This document shows, piece after piece, positions 8,557 to 19,933 of a stretch of 64,000 nt of DNA; position 1 is the stretch's first letter; each line of letters opens with the position of its first letter. A program made the position numbers and the translations under genes. The stretch is from an uncultured Clostridium sp. (GTDB taxonomy: Bacteria; Bacillota; Clostridia; TANB77; CAG-508). The stretch covers positions 379 to 64,378 of the forward strand of contig CAOKQZ010000008.1 in assembly GCA_948471055.1 (NCBI GenBank). Reading direction: 5' to 3'. The notes below the pieces were generated by a model. That model searched no databases, had not been told where the DNA came from, and saw nothing but the letters and a program-made list of their open reading frames with translations.

Positions 8557-9421
8557 ATGGAAGAACAAAAATTAGTGATTGATAAAATGGATTTTGAGCC
8601 AAGACATATATTTGAATGTGGGCAGTGTTTTAGGTGGCATAGGCAGGAAGATGATAGTTATACTGGGGTTTTTGGAAACAATGTGCTAAATGTTAAAAAA
8701 CAAGCAAAAAGTGTTGTGTTTGAAGGGATTTGTGAGGATAAGATTGAGAAAGTAGTGGATGACTATTTTGATATGAAAACAGATTATGCAAAAATTAAAC
8801 ATGAGTTAAGCCATATTGATGAATATTTAGCAAAAAGCATAGAATTTGGGCATGGAATTCGTATTTTAAACCAAGACTTGTGGGAAATGATTACTTCCTT
8901 TATTATATCCGCAAATAACAATATTCCTAGAATTCAAAAAATTATCGAACGAATTTCGAAGGAATATGGAACACCAATTATGTGGAAAGACGAGACTTAT
9001 TATACCTTTCCAACCAAAGAACAATTAGGAAAAGCAAGCATAGAAGATTTACGAAAATTAGGCTTAGGATTTCGCGATAAATACGTATATGAAACCACAA
9101 GAAAATTTTTAAAAAAAGAAATAACGATAGAAGAATTAAAAAACATGCAAAACGTAAAAGAAATCAAAAAGAAACTAGAAACTTTACCACGGGGTAGGTC
9201 CCAAAGTAGCAGATTGCATATTATTATTTGGCATGCACCGTTTTGAAGTATTTCCAATTGATGTATGGGTTAGGCGAGTCATGAATGAATTATACATACA
9301 AAATAAAGATGAAACAAAAGTAAAAAAACAAGAAATAGAAAACCTAGCAAACCCAAAATACCAAAACCTAGCAGGATTAGCACAACAATATCTATTCTAT
9401 TGGAAACGAGAAACGGCATAA
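8557..9421 (+). CDS. ogg: 8-oxoguanine DNA glycosylase / HhH-GPD N-glycosylase-lyase; needs a +1 shift at CGG 9190
   Basis: Skipping C9190 restores [36 protein letters not shown] (HhH-GPD motif) across ORFs 8506..9246 and 9233..9421. Confidence 0.85.
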
Positions 9422-9457
9422 AATAGAAACAAAAGAAATAAAAAGGGGAAAAAGAAA

Positions 9458-11601
9458 ATGAAGAGAAAGATTTTACAATACATGATAAGCATATTCGTAG
9501 TGCTAATTGGGGTTTTTATGGGTAACCAGGTACAAGCTAAAAGTTACCATATTACCCATATGGACATACAAGCCACGATTTTAGAAGATGGTTCGTTAGT
9601 CGTCCACCAAGAAATAACTTATGATTTTAATGGTGAGTATAACGGAATTTACATCGATATTCCAGACACCTTAAATACCGAAGAATACGATAAATTTCGA
9701 AAACAAACCACAGCCCTAAAAGATAGCCTATATAATGCAAGTGGTGTCACGATTACCGATGTTTCCGAAATAAAAGGAGATACCAAACAAGAATACACAA
9801 AAGTAGCAAGTAGCAGTAATGGAAGAAGAGGCGTATATACCATTGAAACGACCAATGGTATCAAACGCCTAAAGGTGTATTCGCCAGCACACAATACCAA
9901 AAAGACTTTTCAAATTGAATTTATCCTAAAAAACCTTTGTGTAAAACATAATGATATAGGAGAATTGTATTACAATTTTATTGGAGGAGAATGGCAAACT
10001 ACCATTCAAAACCTAAATATTGATATTCATTTACCAAACAATCAAACTAGTGAAGAATTAAAAATATTTGCCCATGGACCATACAATGGCACTTGTAAAA
10101 TTGTTTCTAAAAATCAAGTAAATTTATCGGTAACCAATGTAAAACCACGGACAATACGTAGCAGCAAGAGTACTATTTCACAATGACAATATAACAAAAG
10201 GGGGAAAAGCCTCGGGCATTAATGCCATAAATCTTGTTATGCAAGATGAAGAAAATATTTATCATAACATAGAAAAAAAGCAAGACTTTACAAAGAAAAT
10301 TTTTGTATTTGCTGGTATTTTACTAATCTACTGGATTATTCTAATTCTTCTTTTTGAAAAAGACAAAAAATATCCCGTAACGCAAGTGGAAGATGAAGAA
10401 TTAATGAAAAAATATAATCCTCTCTTAGCAGGGTGTATCAGGGAAAGTAGGACCATTCTGGCAAGAGATATCATTGCCGTATTAATGAATTTGATTTCCA
10501 AAAAAGTGGTAGAGTTAGAAGTAACACCTACCGTAGTAGGGAAAGACGGCTATATTTATGAATTAAAGAAAAACGTAGAAACACGGTCAAGATATGGACG
10601 AAATAGAAAGGTATGTGTACAACTGGTTTTTTGGAAGTGCAAGTAGACGAAATTTAGTAGAACGTTTGAAAGAAATGCCAAAAGAAAAAGACGCAAACAT
10701 GAAATTTAGAACCTTAAATGAAATGGCTGGGAAAACTTTGCAATCTTATGGAGCCAATCAGCAAATGCCACAAGGGTTACGAATTTTTAATACCTTATTA
10801 CTTGGTATTTGTATTGTACTAATTTTAATCCATATTCAATTTAATGGGCTAAATATTTACACGAAAGAAGGAATAGGTTTTGGATTAGGAAACATATTCT
10901 ATATAGCACTCATCTTTTTCCCAATGATTATGACACTTCTTTACATACCACTAAAAATCTTATCCATTATAAGGCACGGAATTAATAAAGTAACCAAACA
11001 GTTTTCAGGAAAAAAGATTGTTTCTACCACGATTGCCATTGTAGTATTAGATTTGGCAATTGTATTTGCAACCAATTTCTTTTTTCCAAACAGTTATCTT
11101 ATTGCAGATGAAATTCTATTAGGAGTAGCACTTATCATCGTATTTACTGATAATTTAATGCTAAAAAACTCTCCTAGCATGATAGAAGATTTTAGCAAAA
11201 TTAACCAAATGGCAGAGCGTTTAGAAAATACATTAATGAACGAACGTAATGTAGAAGAAGTTTTTTTGTGGGAACAATACCTAGCCTATGCGATTTCCTT
11301 TGGAACCGCAAAAAAGATTTCAAAAAAATTGAAAGATATGCCATTAGATGACGATTTACTAGGACTAATTGAAAATAGAGATTTTAATGACTTTTTAACA
11401 ACTGATTACTACATGTTCTACCACTACACAAGCCTAGACTATATTTTCCTAAGAAATTATTATAAATCCATAGGGAAAGTATGGAAAAGCTATGGGGGTG
11501 GCTCAGACGGCGGTTTCTCTGGTGGCTCTGGCGGAGGATTTTCCGGCGGAGGTGGTTTCTCCGGTGGTGGAGGCCGTGGAGGAGGAGGCGGTGCCTTCTA
11601 A
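9458..11601 (+). CDS. DUF2207-type membrane protein with a Gly-rich tail; needs +1 shifts at CGG 10148 and 10584
   Basis: Signal peptide, N-terminal beta-rich domain, TM block and GGGFSGGGG tail; three ORFs join as ..NVKP-GQYVAARVLF.. and ..VET-GQDMDEIERY.. Confidence 0.75.
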
Positions 11602-11617
11602 GAAAGGAGATAAATAA

Positions 11618-14600
11618 ATGGGGTTACGATTAATTTATGGAAAAGCAGGAAGTGGAAAAAGTGAATTTTGTTTTCGTGAAATGAAGGAAAAATTAAACCA
11701 GCTAAGCAAAATTTATATGATTACACCAGAACAATTTTCTTATATGCAAGAAAGAAAATTACTCGATGTGTTAGAACAAAATGCGGTAATACAAGCAGAA
11801 GTATTAACATTTGCTCGTATGGCACATCGTATTTTAAAAGAAGAGCGGGGGGTTTGCGAAAAACGAACTTTCGAAATCGGGAAAAGCAATGCTTATTTCT
11901 CATTTATTACAAAAACAAAAAAAGAATTTAACCTTTCTTAGTAGGTCTGAAGAAAATGTAGAATTGGTAATAGACCAAATAAAAGAATTAAAAAAACACA
12001 TGGTAACCAATCCTATGTTACAAAATATAAAAAATCAAACCCAAAATCCATATTTAAAAGCCAAACTAGAAGACATTTCGGTTTTATATGAGGCATATGA
12101 AGAAACCATAAAAAATGCCTATATGGATGAAGATGATGTACTAACCATTTTAGGGAATAAATTAGAAGAAAGTAACATGTTTCAAGATACCATTATTTAT
12201 ATTGATGAATTTTCTGGCTTTACCAAGCAAGAATACGAAATTATTCGTAAGTTATTACGAAAAGCAAAAGAAGTAAACATTACCATCTGTACCGATACCC
12301 TAGAAGAGGCAAACGATTTAAACGATATTTTCTATACCAATAAACAAACCGCAAGTAAGCTAATAAAAATAGCAAAACAAGAACAAGTAGAAATTTGTGT
12401 GCCAGAGCCAAGAAACGAACTTTATCGATTTCGAAATGAGGAATTATGCCTATTAGAAAAAAATATGAGTGGACAAAAAAACGAAAAATACGAAAAGGAA
12501 ACCTCAAATATCGAACTATTTCTTGCGCAAAATCCATTCTCAGAAATTGAACAAGTGGCAAAAACAATCATTCATCTGGTAAAGGAAGAAAACTATCGCT
12601 TTCGAGATATTTCTGTTATTACCAAAAACATGGAACAATATGCAAGTTTAATTACTGCTATTTTTACAAGGTTTCATATTCCTGTTTTTGCAGACCAAAA
12701 AAAGGACTTTAGCGATAATATCTTAGTAAAATATCTCCTTTCCGTGGTAGATATTTTTGCAAAGAACTGGTCTTATGAAAGCGTATTTCATTATCTAAAA
12801 ACAGGATTTTCACCATTTACCAAAGAAGAACTATTTGAACTAGAAAACTATTGCATTTCTTATGGAATAAAGGGAAACAAATGGTATAAACAGGAATGGA
12901 AAATGGCAAAAAGTGAGGAAGAATTACAAAAGTTAAATCAAATGAGGCAAAAAGTAATTACACCATTATTGGAATTTAAAAGTAAATTAACAAAAACCAA
13001 AACAGCAAAAGATTTATCCAAAGCCTTATACGAATTTTTATTACAAAATGAAATATACGAAAAATTGCAAGAAAAGGCAGACGATTTACGAAAAAATGGG
13101 CGAATTGAATTAAGTAATATTTATGAAACTTCTTGGGATATTGTCATGGAAGTGATAGACGAGCTAAGTATGGTACTACCAGATGACAACCTATCTTTTG
13201 AGGAATATACCAAATTACTAAAAATGGGACTTGTAAGTAGTGGGCTTGGAACTATTCCTGCAACCATTGACCAAGTCATGATTGCAGATGTAGAACGAAG
13301 TAGAACCCATAAAGTAAAGGCAGTATTTCTAATTGGTATGAACGATGGCGTTTTTCCTACAAACCATAAAGAAGAGGGGTTTTTAAATGACCAAGATAGG
13401 GAATATTTAAAAGGGCAAGGAATGGAGCTTGCAAAAGATACGAAAGAACAATTATATGAAGAAAATTTTAATATTTACAAAGCCTTTACCATACCAGAAG
13501 AAAAGCTATTTCTTTCCTATGTATCTTCGGATAATGAAGGAAAAACGCTAAGACCCTCCATGCTAATAGCAAAAGTAAAAAGAATGTATCCAAAGCTAGT
13601 AAAGAAAAGTGATATGATACAGAAAAATAGCGAAATTACGACCAAAGAGGCGACTTTTTACGAATTATTAACCAATATTCGTGATTTTGAAGATGGCAAA
13701 GAGATTGATGAGATATGGTTTTTGTTATATTCGTTTTATCGTAAGGACAAGGAATATGGTAAAAGGTTAGAAGAGGCAACAAAAGCAATTCAGTACCAAA
13801 ATAAACCCTGCCATATTTCAAAAGAAAATATACAAGAACTATATGGGAATACCTTAAAAACCAGTATTTCTAGGTTAGAGCAATACAAAAGATGTGCATT
13901 CTCGTTTTATTTAAAATATGGATTGGAGCTAAAAGAAAATAATCTATTTGAAGTAAAAAGCATCGATACAGGAAATTTCATGCATGAGGTAATTGATGAA
14001 TTTTTCTCACAGGTTCTTCGGAAGGAATTTAAAACTAAAAGGAATGACAAAAGAAGAAATAGAGGAAATCATAAAAAATATCATTCGTGAAAAACTAACA
14101 CAAAACCGAAACTACATATTAGGAGCAACCAAGAAATACCAAATATTAACCAAACGACTAGAAAAGTTAATCTTGCAAGCAATGAATTACATTATTGAAA
14201 GCCTTGTTCATAGTGATTTTGAAATTATGGGAAATGAAGTAGAATTTAAAACGAACAAAGAATATCCGCCAATGGAAATAACCTTAGAAGACGGCAAACG
14301 AATCGAAATTACAGGAAAAATAGACCGAATTGATTTTGCCAAAGGAAACGAAGGGAATTATATACGAATTATCGACTACAAATCTTCTGTAAAAAACATC
14401 GACTTAAACGAAGTAGTAGCAGGCTTACAAATTCAGCTTTTAACCTATTTAGATGCCATAACCAGTAAGCAAGAAAACCTAATTCCAGCAGGAGTGTTAT
14501 ACTTTAACCTAATCGATCCAATCCTAAAAGCTGACCGTAACAAAACAGACGAAGAAATCGAACAAGAAATCAAAAAACAATTCAAAATGCAAGGGCTCAT

Positions 14601-14961
14601 TTTAGCCGATGTCAATGTAATAAGAAAAATGGATAAAACCCTAGAAAAAGGAGCATCAAACCTAATACCCGCCTACCTAGACCAAAACCAAAACATCAGT
14701 GAAGCAAGGTCAAGTGTTATTACCAAAGAACAATTTAAAACCCTACAAAAACACATAGACAAAGTTATAAAAGAAATCGCAAAAGAAATCTACTCAGGTC
14801 AAATCGAAATAAAACCATACTATAACCAAAAGAAAAAGAAAACCCCATGCGACTACTGCGAATACAAATCCATCTGCAACTTCGACCCAAACTGCAACTC
14901 CTACTACTACATCCCAAACAAACCAAAAGAGCAGATTTTAGAGGAGATTGAGGAAAAGTAA
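11618..14961 (+). CDS. addB: helicase-nuclease AddAB subunit B; needs +1 shifts at CGG 11846 and 14019
   Basis: Walker A GKAGSGKS at the N-terminus and a C-terminal nuclease/Fe-S cluster (CDYCEYKSICNFD); joins ..ILKEE-GGFAKNELSKSGKAM.. and ..FFSQVL-GRNLKLKGMTKEE.. Confidence 0.9.
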
Positions 14962-14970
14962 AAAAACATA

Positions 14971-14999
14971 TTGACAATATAGGAAGAATTAATTATAAT
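14971..14999 (+). promoter_or_regulatory. perfect-consensus sigmaA promoter
   Basis: TTGACA 14971-14976, exactly 17 nt, TATAAT 14994-14999. Confidence 0.7.
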
Positions 15000-15005
15000 A
15001 TAAGT

Positions 15006-15095
15006 AGATAAAAAAAGAGAAAAAGGCTTAGGCCCCTTTCTCGTGGTTGTTAGAATTGAAGTCTGATTTTGCTGGTCGTACTTCAATTCTTTTTC
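15006..15095 (+). ncRNA. candidate ~90-nt antisense sRNA
   Basis: Bounded by the consensus promoter and an 11-bp hairpin (AGAATTGAAGT/ACTTCAATTCT) plus T5; antisense to the 3' part of the small peptide gene. Confidence 0.45.
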
Positions 15096-15109
15096 TATGT
15101 ATACAAATA

Positions 15110-15190
15110 CTATAACCGAACAAGTCCAATTAAAGATACTGTAATACCAATAGAAAGAACCACAAGCGCAATTCCAACACATAACTCCAT
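15110..15190 (-). CDS. 26-aa hydrophobic peptide (type I toxin-like); extends to 53 aa (stop at 15028) if CGG 15118 shifts +1
   Basis: GGAGGTGAGG RBS 8 nt before the ATG; MELCVGIALVVLSIGITVSLIGLVRL is a single TM helix. Confidence 0.5.
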   Translation of the reverse strand: MELCVGIALVVLSIGITVSLIGLVRL

Positions 15191-15413
15191 AAGCCTCACC
15201 TCCTCGATAATGACATATTTAACATTACAAATCAGTAATGCTAATGAATATCATCATAAAGTCATAGTGAGGTTTCTAACAACGAAACAAATGTATCATA
15301 TGTTATGTAAAAAGTCAATACACTTTTACAAAAAAACAATACAAGTAAAAGTGATTGACTTTTTTTGGGGTTCATAATAGAATAGTAACAAACAAGGAGG
15401 GTAAGGAAAATTT

Positions 15414-16243
15414 ATGGTTGACTTATCAAATGAAACAATGGTACATGTAAGAAACAATAGAGTGGAGTTTTTGCAATTTCGAAAATTGCTGGAATATCCG
15501 GAAGTTGTACATTGTTATACCTTAAAAGCACATGATTTTGATATTGCAGGAAATGATACATATGAGGAAAAAAGAGAGATTTTATATGCCAATTTTGAAA
15601 AATTGGCAGAAGCGTTGGGAATTAAGAAAGAGACGATGATAAGACCATATCAAACCCATACTAATATAGTAAAAAGAATTGATGAACAACCAAAAAAACT
15701 TACGATATTTCCACAGGAATTAACCGATGTGGATGGATTAATAACCAACCAAAAAGATATTACCTTTTCTCTAGGATTTGCAGATTGTACACCTCTTTAT
15801 TTTTATGACCCAATAAAAAAGGTAATACGGTAATATTCATTCTGGTTGGAAAGGAACACTAGGAAAAATTCGGTGCAGTAGCAGTAAAGAAGATGATAAG
15901 TGAGTATCAATGTAAACCCCAAAACATCCTTTGCTTTATAGGACCATGTATTAGGAAATGTCATTTTGAAGTGTCCAAAGACGTAGCTGACCTTTTTAAA
16001 AAGGAATTTTCTCATATGAAAGACATAGAAGACATTATTACAGTTATCAATCCAAAAGAACAAAAATACACGATAGACACATGTAAAATTAATAAGAATA
16101 TGATGATAGAAATAGGGCTTTTAAAAGAAAATATTATCGATAGTGGAATTTGTACGGTGTGCAATAGTAAGTATATGCATTCTTACCGAGCGAATAAAGA
16201 ATTCGCCGGAAGAAATACCGCTATATTAGGAATGAAAAAATAA
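15414..16243 (+). CDS. pgeF: PgeF/YfiH laccase-domain (purine nucleoside phosphorylase-like) protein; needs +1 shifts at CGG 15828 and 15871
   Basis: Join gives ..DPIKKVI-GNIHSGWKGTLGKI-GAVAVKKMISEY..CFIGPCI..CTVC..HSYR, the family motifs. Confidence 0.8.
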
Positions 16244-16255
16244 GGAGGAAAAAGT

Positions 16256-17266
16256 ATGCGTTATCCAGAACATTTAAAATTAGGAGATACCATTGGAATT
16301 TGTGCTCCATCGAGTGGAACCATAGAACCAGAAAAAATCCAGAAGTTAGAACTAGCAATCAAAAAACTAAAGACAATGGGGTATAAGGTTATTGAAACCC
16401 AAAGTGTTCGAAAAGACGAGCAAGGAAGAAGTGCACCTGCCAAAATAAGGGCAAAAGAATTTATGGAATTATGGAACAACCAAGAGGTAAAACTTATTAT
16501 TTATGCAGGGGGAGGAGACTTTTTAATGGAAATGCTAGAGGAAATAGACTTTGAAGCCTTAAAGCGAAGCACACCAAAATGGACACAAGGATTTTCCGAT
16601 ATTACGCATCTTAGTTTTTTACTAAACACCATATGTGACATCCCAAGCATGTACTGTGAAAATATAAAAGACTATGGAATGACACCATTATACCGTAACC
16701 TAATGGATGCTCTAACCTTAGAAACAGGAGAAGAAATAAAGCAAACTTCATTTGAAAAATATCAAGTGGAAAAAGAGGATAACGAAGACGGAACCTACAA
16801 CCTAACCACTCCAGTAAAATGGAAAAACATTAGTACACACGAGAAAATTGTAATGGAAGGAAGAGCCTTAGGTGGCTGTATCGACTGTGTAGATACCCTT
16901 ATTGGAACCAAGTTCGATACAGTAAAAGAATATATCGAAAAATATAAAGAAGACGGAACCATATGGTTTTTAGAAGCGTACGAAATGAATACTCCATTAT
17001 TGCAAAGAATTCTATGGAAAATGAAACACGCAGGATATTTTGAACATTGCAATGGCATTATTTTTGGAAGACCATACATTATGAGAGAAGATTATGACCT
17101 AACCCAAGACCAAGCCATACTAGATGCCATCGGCGATTTAAAACTACCAATCATTACAGAGGCAGACATTGGGCATGTACCGCCACAACTTGCCATTGTA
17201 CAAGGAGCAATCCTAAAAATTACATCAGAATATGGAAAAGGAATGATAGAAACATATTTCAAATAA
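16256..17266 (+). CDS. LD-carboxypeptidase (peptidase S66, MccF-like)
   Basis: LGDTIGICAPSSG nucleophile region and a C-terminal ..GHVPPQ.. motif. Confidence 0.75.
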   Translation: MRYPEHLKLGDTIGICAPSSGTIEPEKIQKLELAIKKLKTMGYKVIETQSVRKDEQGRSAPAKIRAKEFMELWNNQEVKLIIYAGGGDFLMEMLEEIDFEALKRSTPKWTQGFSDITHLSFLLNTICDIPSMYCENIKDYGMTPLYRNLMDALTLETGEEIKQTSFEKYQVEKEDNEDGTYNLTTPVKWKNISTHEKIVMEGRALGGCIDCVDTLIGTKFDTVKEYIEKYKEDGTIWFLEAYEMNTPLLQRILWKMKHAGYFEHCNGIIFGRPYIMREDYDLTQDQAILDAIGDLKLPIITEADIGHVPPQLAIVQGAILKITSEYGKGMIETYFK

Positions 17267-17338
17267 GAAATTTTATCAAACAAACCAGTAAAGAAGTGGT
17301 TAAAAAAATAAATGAATTACAAAAAGTAGGAGAAGAAG

Positions 17339-17898
17339 ATGTTTGAAACGTGGGAAGAATTAGAAAAGTCTATTGTAGGATGTCAAGGGTGCAAATTATG
17401 TAAGAATAGAACCAACATTGTATTTGGAACAGGAAAGAAACAAACAGATCTTATGTTTATAGGAGAGGGACCAGGAGCAGACGAGGATAGGCTCCGGGGA
17501 GCCTTTTGTAGGAAAAGCAGGAAAGCTTATGAACATGGCATTTGAAGGTATTGGCATAAACCGAGAAGAGGTCTATATTGCCAATGTAGTAAAATGTAGA
17601 CCACCGAATAACCGAAATCCAGAAGCCGATGAAGCAGAAGCTTGTTTAAATTATTTACGAAATCAAGTGATGTTAGTAAAACCAAAAATAATTGTGTTAC
17701 TAGGAAGTGTAGCATTAAAAAATATATTAGGAAATGAATATGGAATTACTGCCACAAGACGGAAATTGGATAGAGCGAAAAGGAATTTTATATATGCCAA
17801 CATGGCACCCAGCAGCCCTTCTTCGTGATGACAATAAGAAAATAGAATTTTGGAAGGATTTAAAAGAAGTAAAAGCAAAAATGGAGCAAATGAGTTAA
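17339..17898 (+). CDS. udg: family-4 uracil-DNA glycosylase; needs +1 shifts at CGG 17495 and 17760
   Basis: GCQGCKLC..., GEGPGADEDRL-GEPFVGKAGKL and ..ATR-GNWIERKGILYMPTWHPAALLR restored by skipping the two C residues. Confidence 0.85.
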
Positions 17899-17948
17899 AA
17901 TGTGTAAATGTGGGTTAATGATAAGATTTTTAGAAAAAAGGAAGTAGT

Positions 17949-18515
17949 ATGAGAATGATAAAGAATTTTTTTGGACATCTTAAAAATGTAATCGTACATA
18001 AATGGCTTGTGTTCCTGTTATGTTGTAGAGCAGGAATTCCATTTCGAGGATTGGTGCATGATTTGTCAAAATTTTCGCCTACAGAATTTTGGCAAGGGGT
18101 GAAATATTACCGTGACGGAAAAAGAAGTCCAATTCAATATGCAAAGGAAGACTATGGGTATTCGGTAGCCTGGTTGCACCATAAGGGAAGAAACAAACAT
18201 CATCCAGAATACTGGTATGACCCAAATGCACAGGTGAATTTACCAATCATGCCATTTTGCTATGCTTGTGAAATGATATGTGACCAACTAGCAGCAGGAA
18301 AGGTATATCAAGGAAAAAAATGGACAAAAGGATATCAGTTAACCTATTGGCAAAGATGCAAAGATAAATTTATGCTAAACGAACACTTAAAGGAATTTGT
18401 AACAGAAATTTTTACACAGGTAGCAAAAGAAGGAGTAAAAGAGACCATCACAAAGAAGAAGCTAAGAGATTGTTATGATAGGTGTATAAAAGACATGAGA
18501 GCTTATAGAAAATAG
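17949..18515 (+). CDS. hypothetical protein (DUF5662-like, HDLSKF motif)
   Basis: 188-aa ORF; the family name is recalled from motif only. Confidence 0.5.
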   Translation: MRMIKNFFGHLKNVIVHKWLVFLLCCRAGIPFRGLVHDLSKFSPTEFWQGVKYYRDGKRSPIQYAKEDYGYSVAWLHHKGRNKHHPEYWYDPNAQVNLPIMPFCYACEMICDQLAAGKVYQGKKWTKGYQLTYWQRCKDKFMLNEHLKEFVTEIFTQVAKEGVKETITKKKLRDCYDRCIKDMRAYRK

Positions 18516-18625
18516 GCTCTCGTGTTGTTTTTAAAAGGATTTTTTATGGATGATTGGTCGAAAGAATTGACTTTCTTTTTAGTTCATACTAAAATAAATG
18601 TAGTAAAATATTATGGAGAAATGTG

Positions 18626-19888
18626 ATGAAGTATAGTAAAGAAGAAATTAGTAATAAAGCAAATTATTGCTTGGGTTGTAAAGTAAAAATGTGTAGGAAA
18701 GGATGTCCTTTAGAAAATGACATTACACAGTTTATTGCTTATGTAAAAGAAGAAAAGTATGAAGAGGCATATCGCATTTTATGTGATACAACGGTGCTTT
18801 CGCCAATTTGTGGTAGGATTTGCCCTCATAAGAGCCAATGTGAGGGAAGCTGTGTTCGTGGTATAAAAGGAGAATCGGTTAGTATTGGTGATTTAGAGGC
18901 ATATGTAGGAAACTTAGCAATTGAGTATGGGTATGAAATTCCCAAATTTACCGAAGAAAGAAAGAATAAAAAAATTGCAGTAGTAGGAGGAGGTCCTGCA
19001 GGATTAACAGCGTCTGCATGGCTTGCGAGAAATGGTTATCCGGTTACCATTTATGAGAAATATGACAAACTTGGTGGAATCTTAAGGCATGGTATTCCAG
19101 GTTTTAGGCTAGAAAAAGACATATTAGATAAGCAAATAGAAAAGATACTTCGCCTAGGAATTCAGGTGGAATATGGGAAAAGTCTTGGTAAAGATTATCG
19201 ATTAGAAGAATTAGAAAAAGAATATGATGCTATTTTTATTGGAATTGGAGCAAATATTTCAGCTAGCATGGGAATTAAGGGCGAAAACTTACCAGGAGTT
19301 TATGGCGGTAATGAATTACTAGAACATAACTGCCATCCAGATTATGTAGGAAAAACAGTAGCCGTCATTGGTGGTGGAAATGTAGCAATGGATACCGTAA
19401 GAACCATCAAACGCTTAGGAGCAAAAGAAGTTACCATTATTTACCGAAGAGCCGAAAAACAAATGCCAGCAGAAAGAAAAGAAATAGAAGATGCGAAAAA
19501 AGAAGAAATTAAATTTTTATTTCAAACCAATGTAACTGCCATTCATGGGGAAGAAAAGGTAGAAGAAATTGAATGTATCAAAACAGAGCTTATTAAAAAA
19601 GAGGGAGAAACAAGAGAAGTACCAGTTGATATAAAGGGAAGTAATTTTATTTTACCAATGGATTATGTAGTAATGGCAGTAGGTTCAAAACCAGAAGAAA
19701 ATGTTGTAAAAGAATTAGGATTAGAACTAACCACAAGAGGAAATATCAAAATCGACGAAAATTATAGAACCTCAAGACAAAAGGTATTTGCAGGAGGAGA
19801 CATTAGTGGCACTAAGGCAACGGTAGCATGGGCAAGCCGTTCTGGAAGAGAAGCGGCAAAGGCAATTATGAGATTTTTGGAAGAATGA
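18626..19888 (+). CDS. NAD(P)H-dependent oxidoreductase of the glutamate synthase small-subunit family
   Basis: N-terminal Cys clusters, then two dinucleotide folds (VVGGGPAGL and VIGGGNVAMD). Confidence 0.8.
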   Translation: MKYSKEEISNKANYCLGCKVKMCRKGCPLENDITQFIAYVKEEKYEEAYRILCDTTVLSPICGRICPHKSQCEGSCVRGIKGESVSIGDLEAYVGNLAIEYGYEIPKFTEERKNKKIAVVGGGPAGLTASAWLARNGYPVTIYEKYDKLGGILRHGIPGFRLEKDILDKQIEKILRLGIQVEYGKSLGKDYRLEELEKEYDAIFIGIGANISASMGIKGENLPGVYGGNELLEHNCHPDYVGKTVAVIGGGNVAMDTVRTIKRLGAKEVTIIYRRAEKQMPAERKEIEDAKKEEIKFLFQTNVTAIHGEEKVEEIECIKTELIKKEGETREVPVDIKGSNFILPMDYVVMAVGSKPEENVVKELGLELTTRGNIKIDENYRTSRQKVFAGGDISGTKATVAWASRSGREAAKAIMRFLEE

Positions 19889-19907
19889 ATTTGAATTCAA
19901 TGAAAAC

Positions 19908-19926
19908 GGACGACCGATGGTCGTCC
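19908..19926. terminator. terminator hairpin between convergent genes
   Basis: GGACGACC-GAT-GGTCGTCC, with a T-run on the minus strand. Confidence 0.6.
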
Positions 19927-19933
19927 TTATACA

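Noticed and set aside
15069-15377. ORFs 15069..15377 (+) and 14907..15182 (-) in the addB-pgeF spacer.
   Set aside because: They have no RBS and odd composition. They overlap the much better supported small peptide, promoter and terminator signals.
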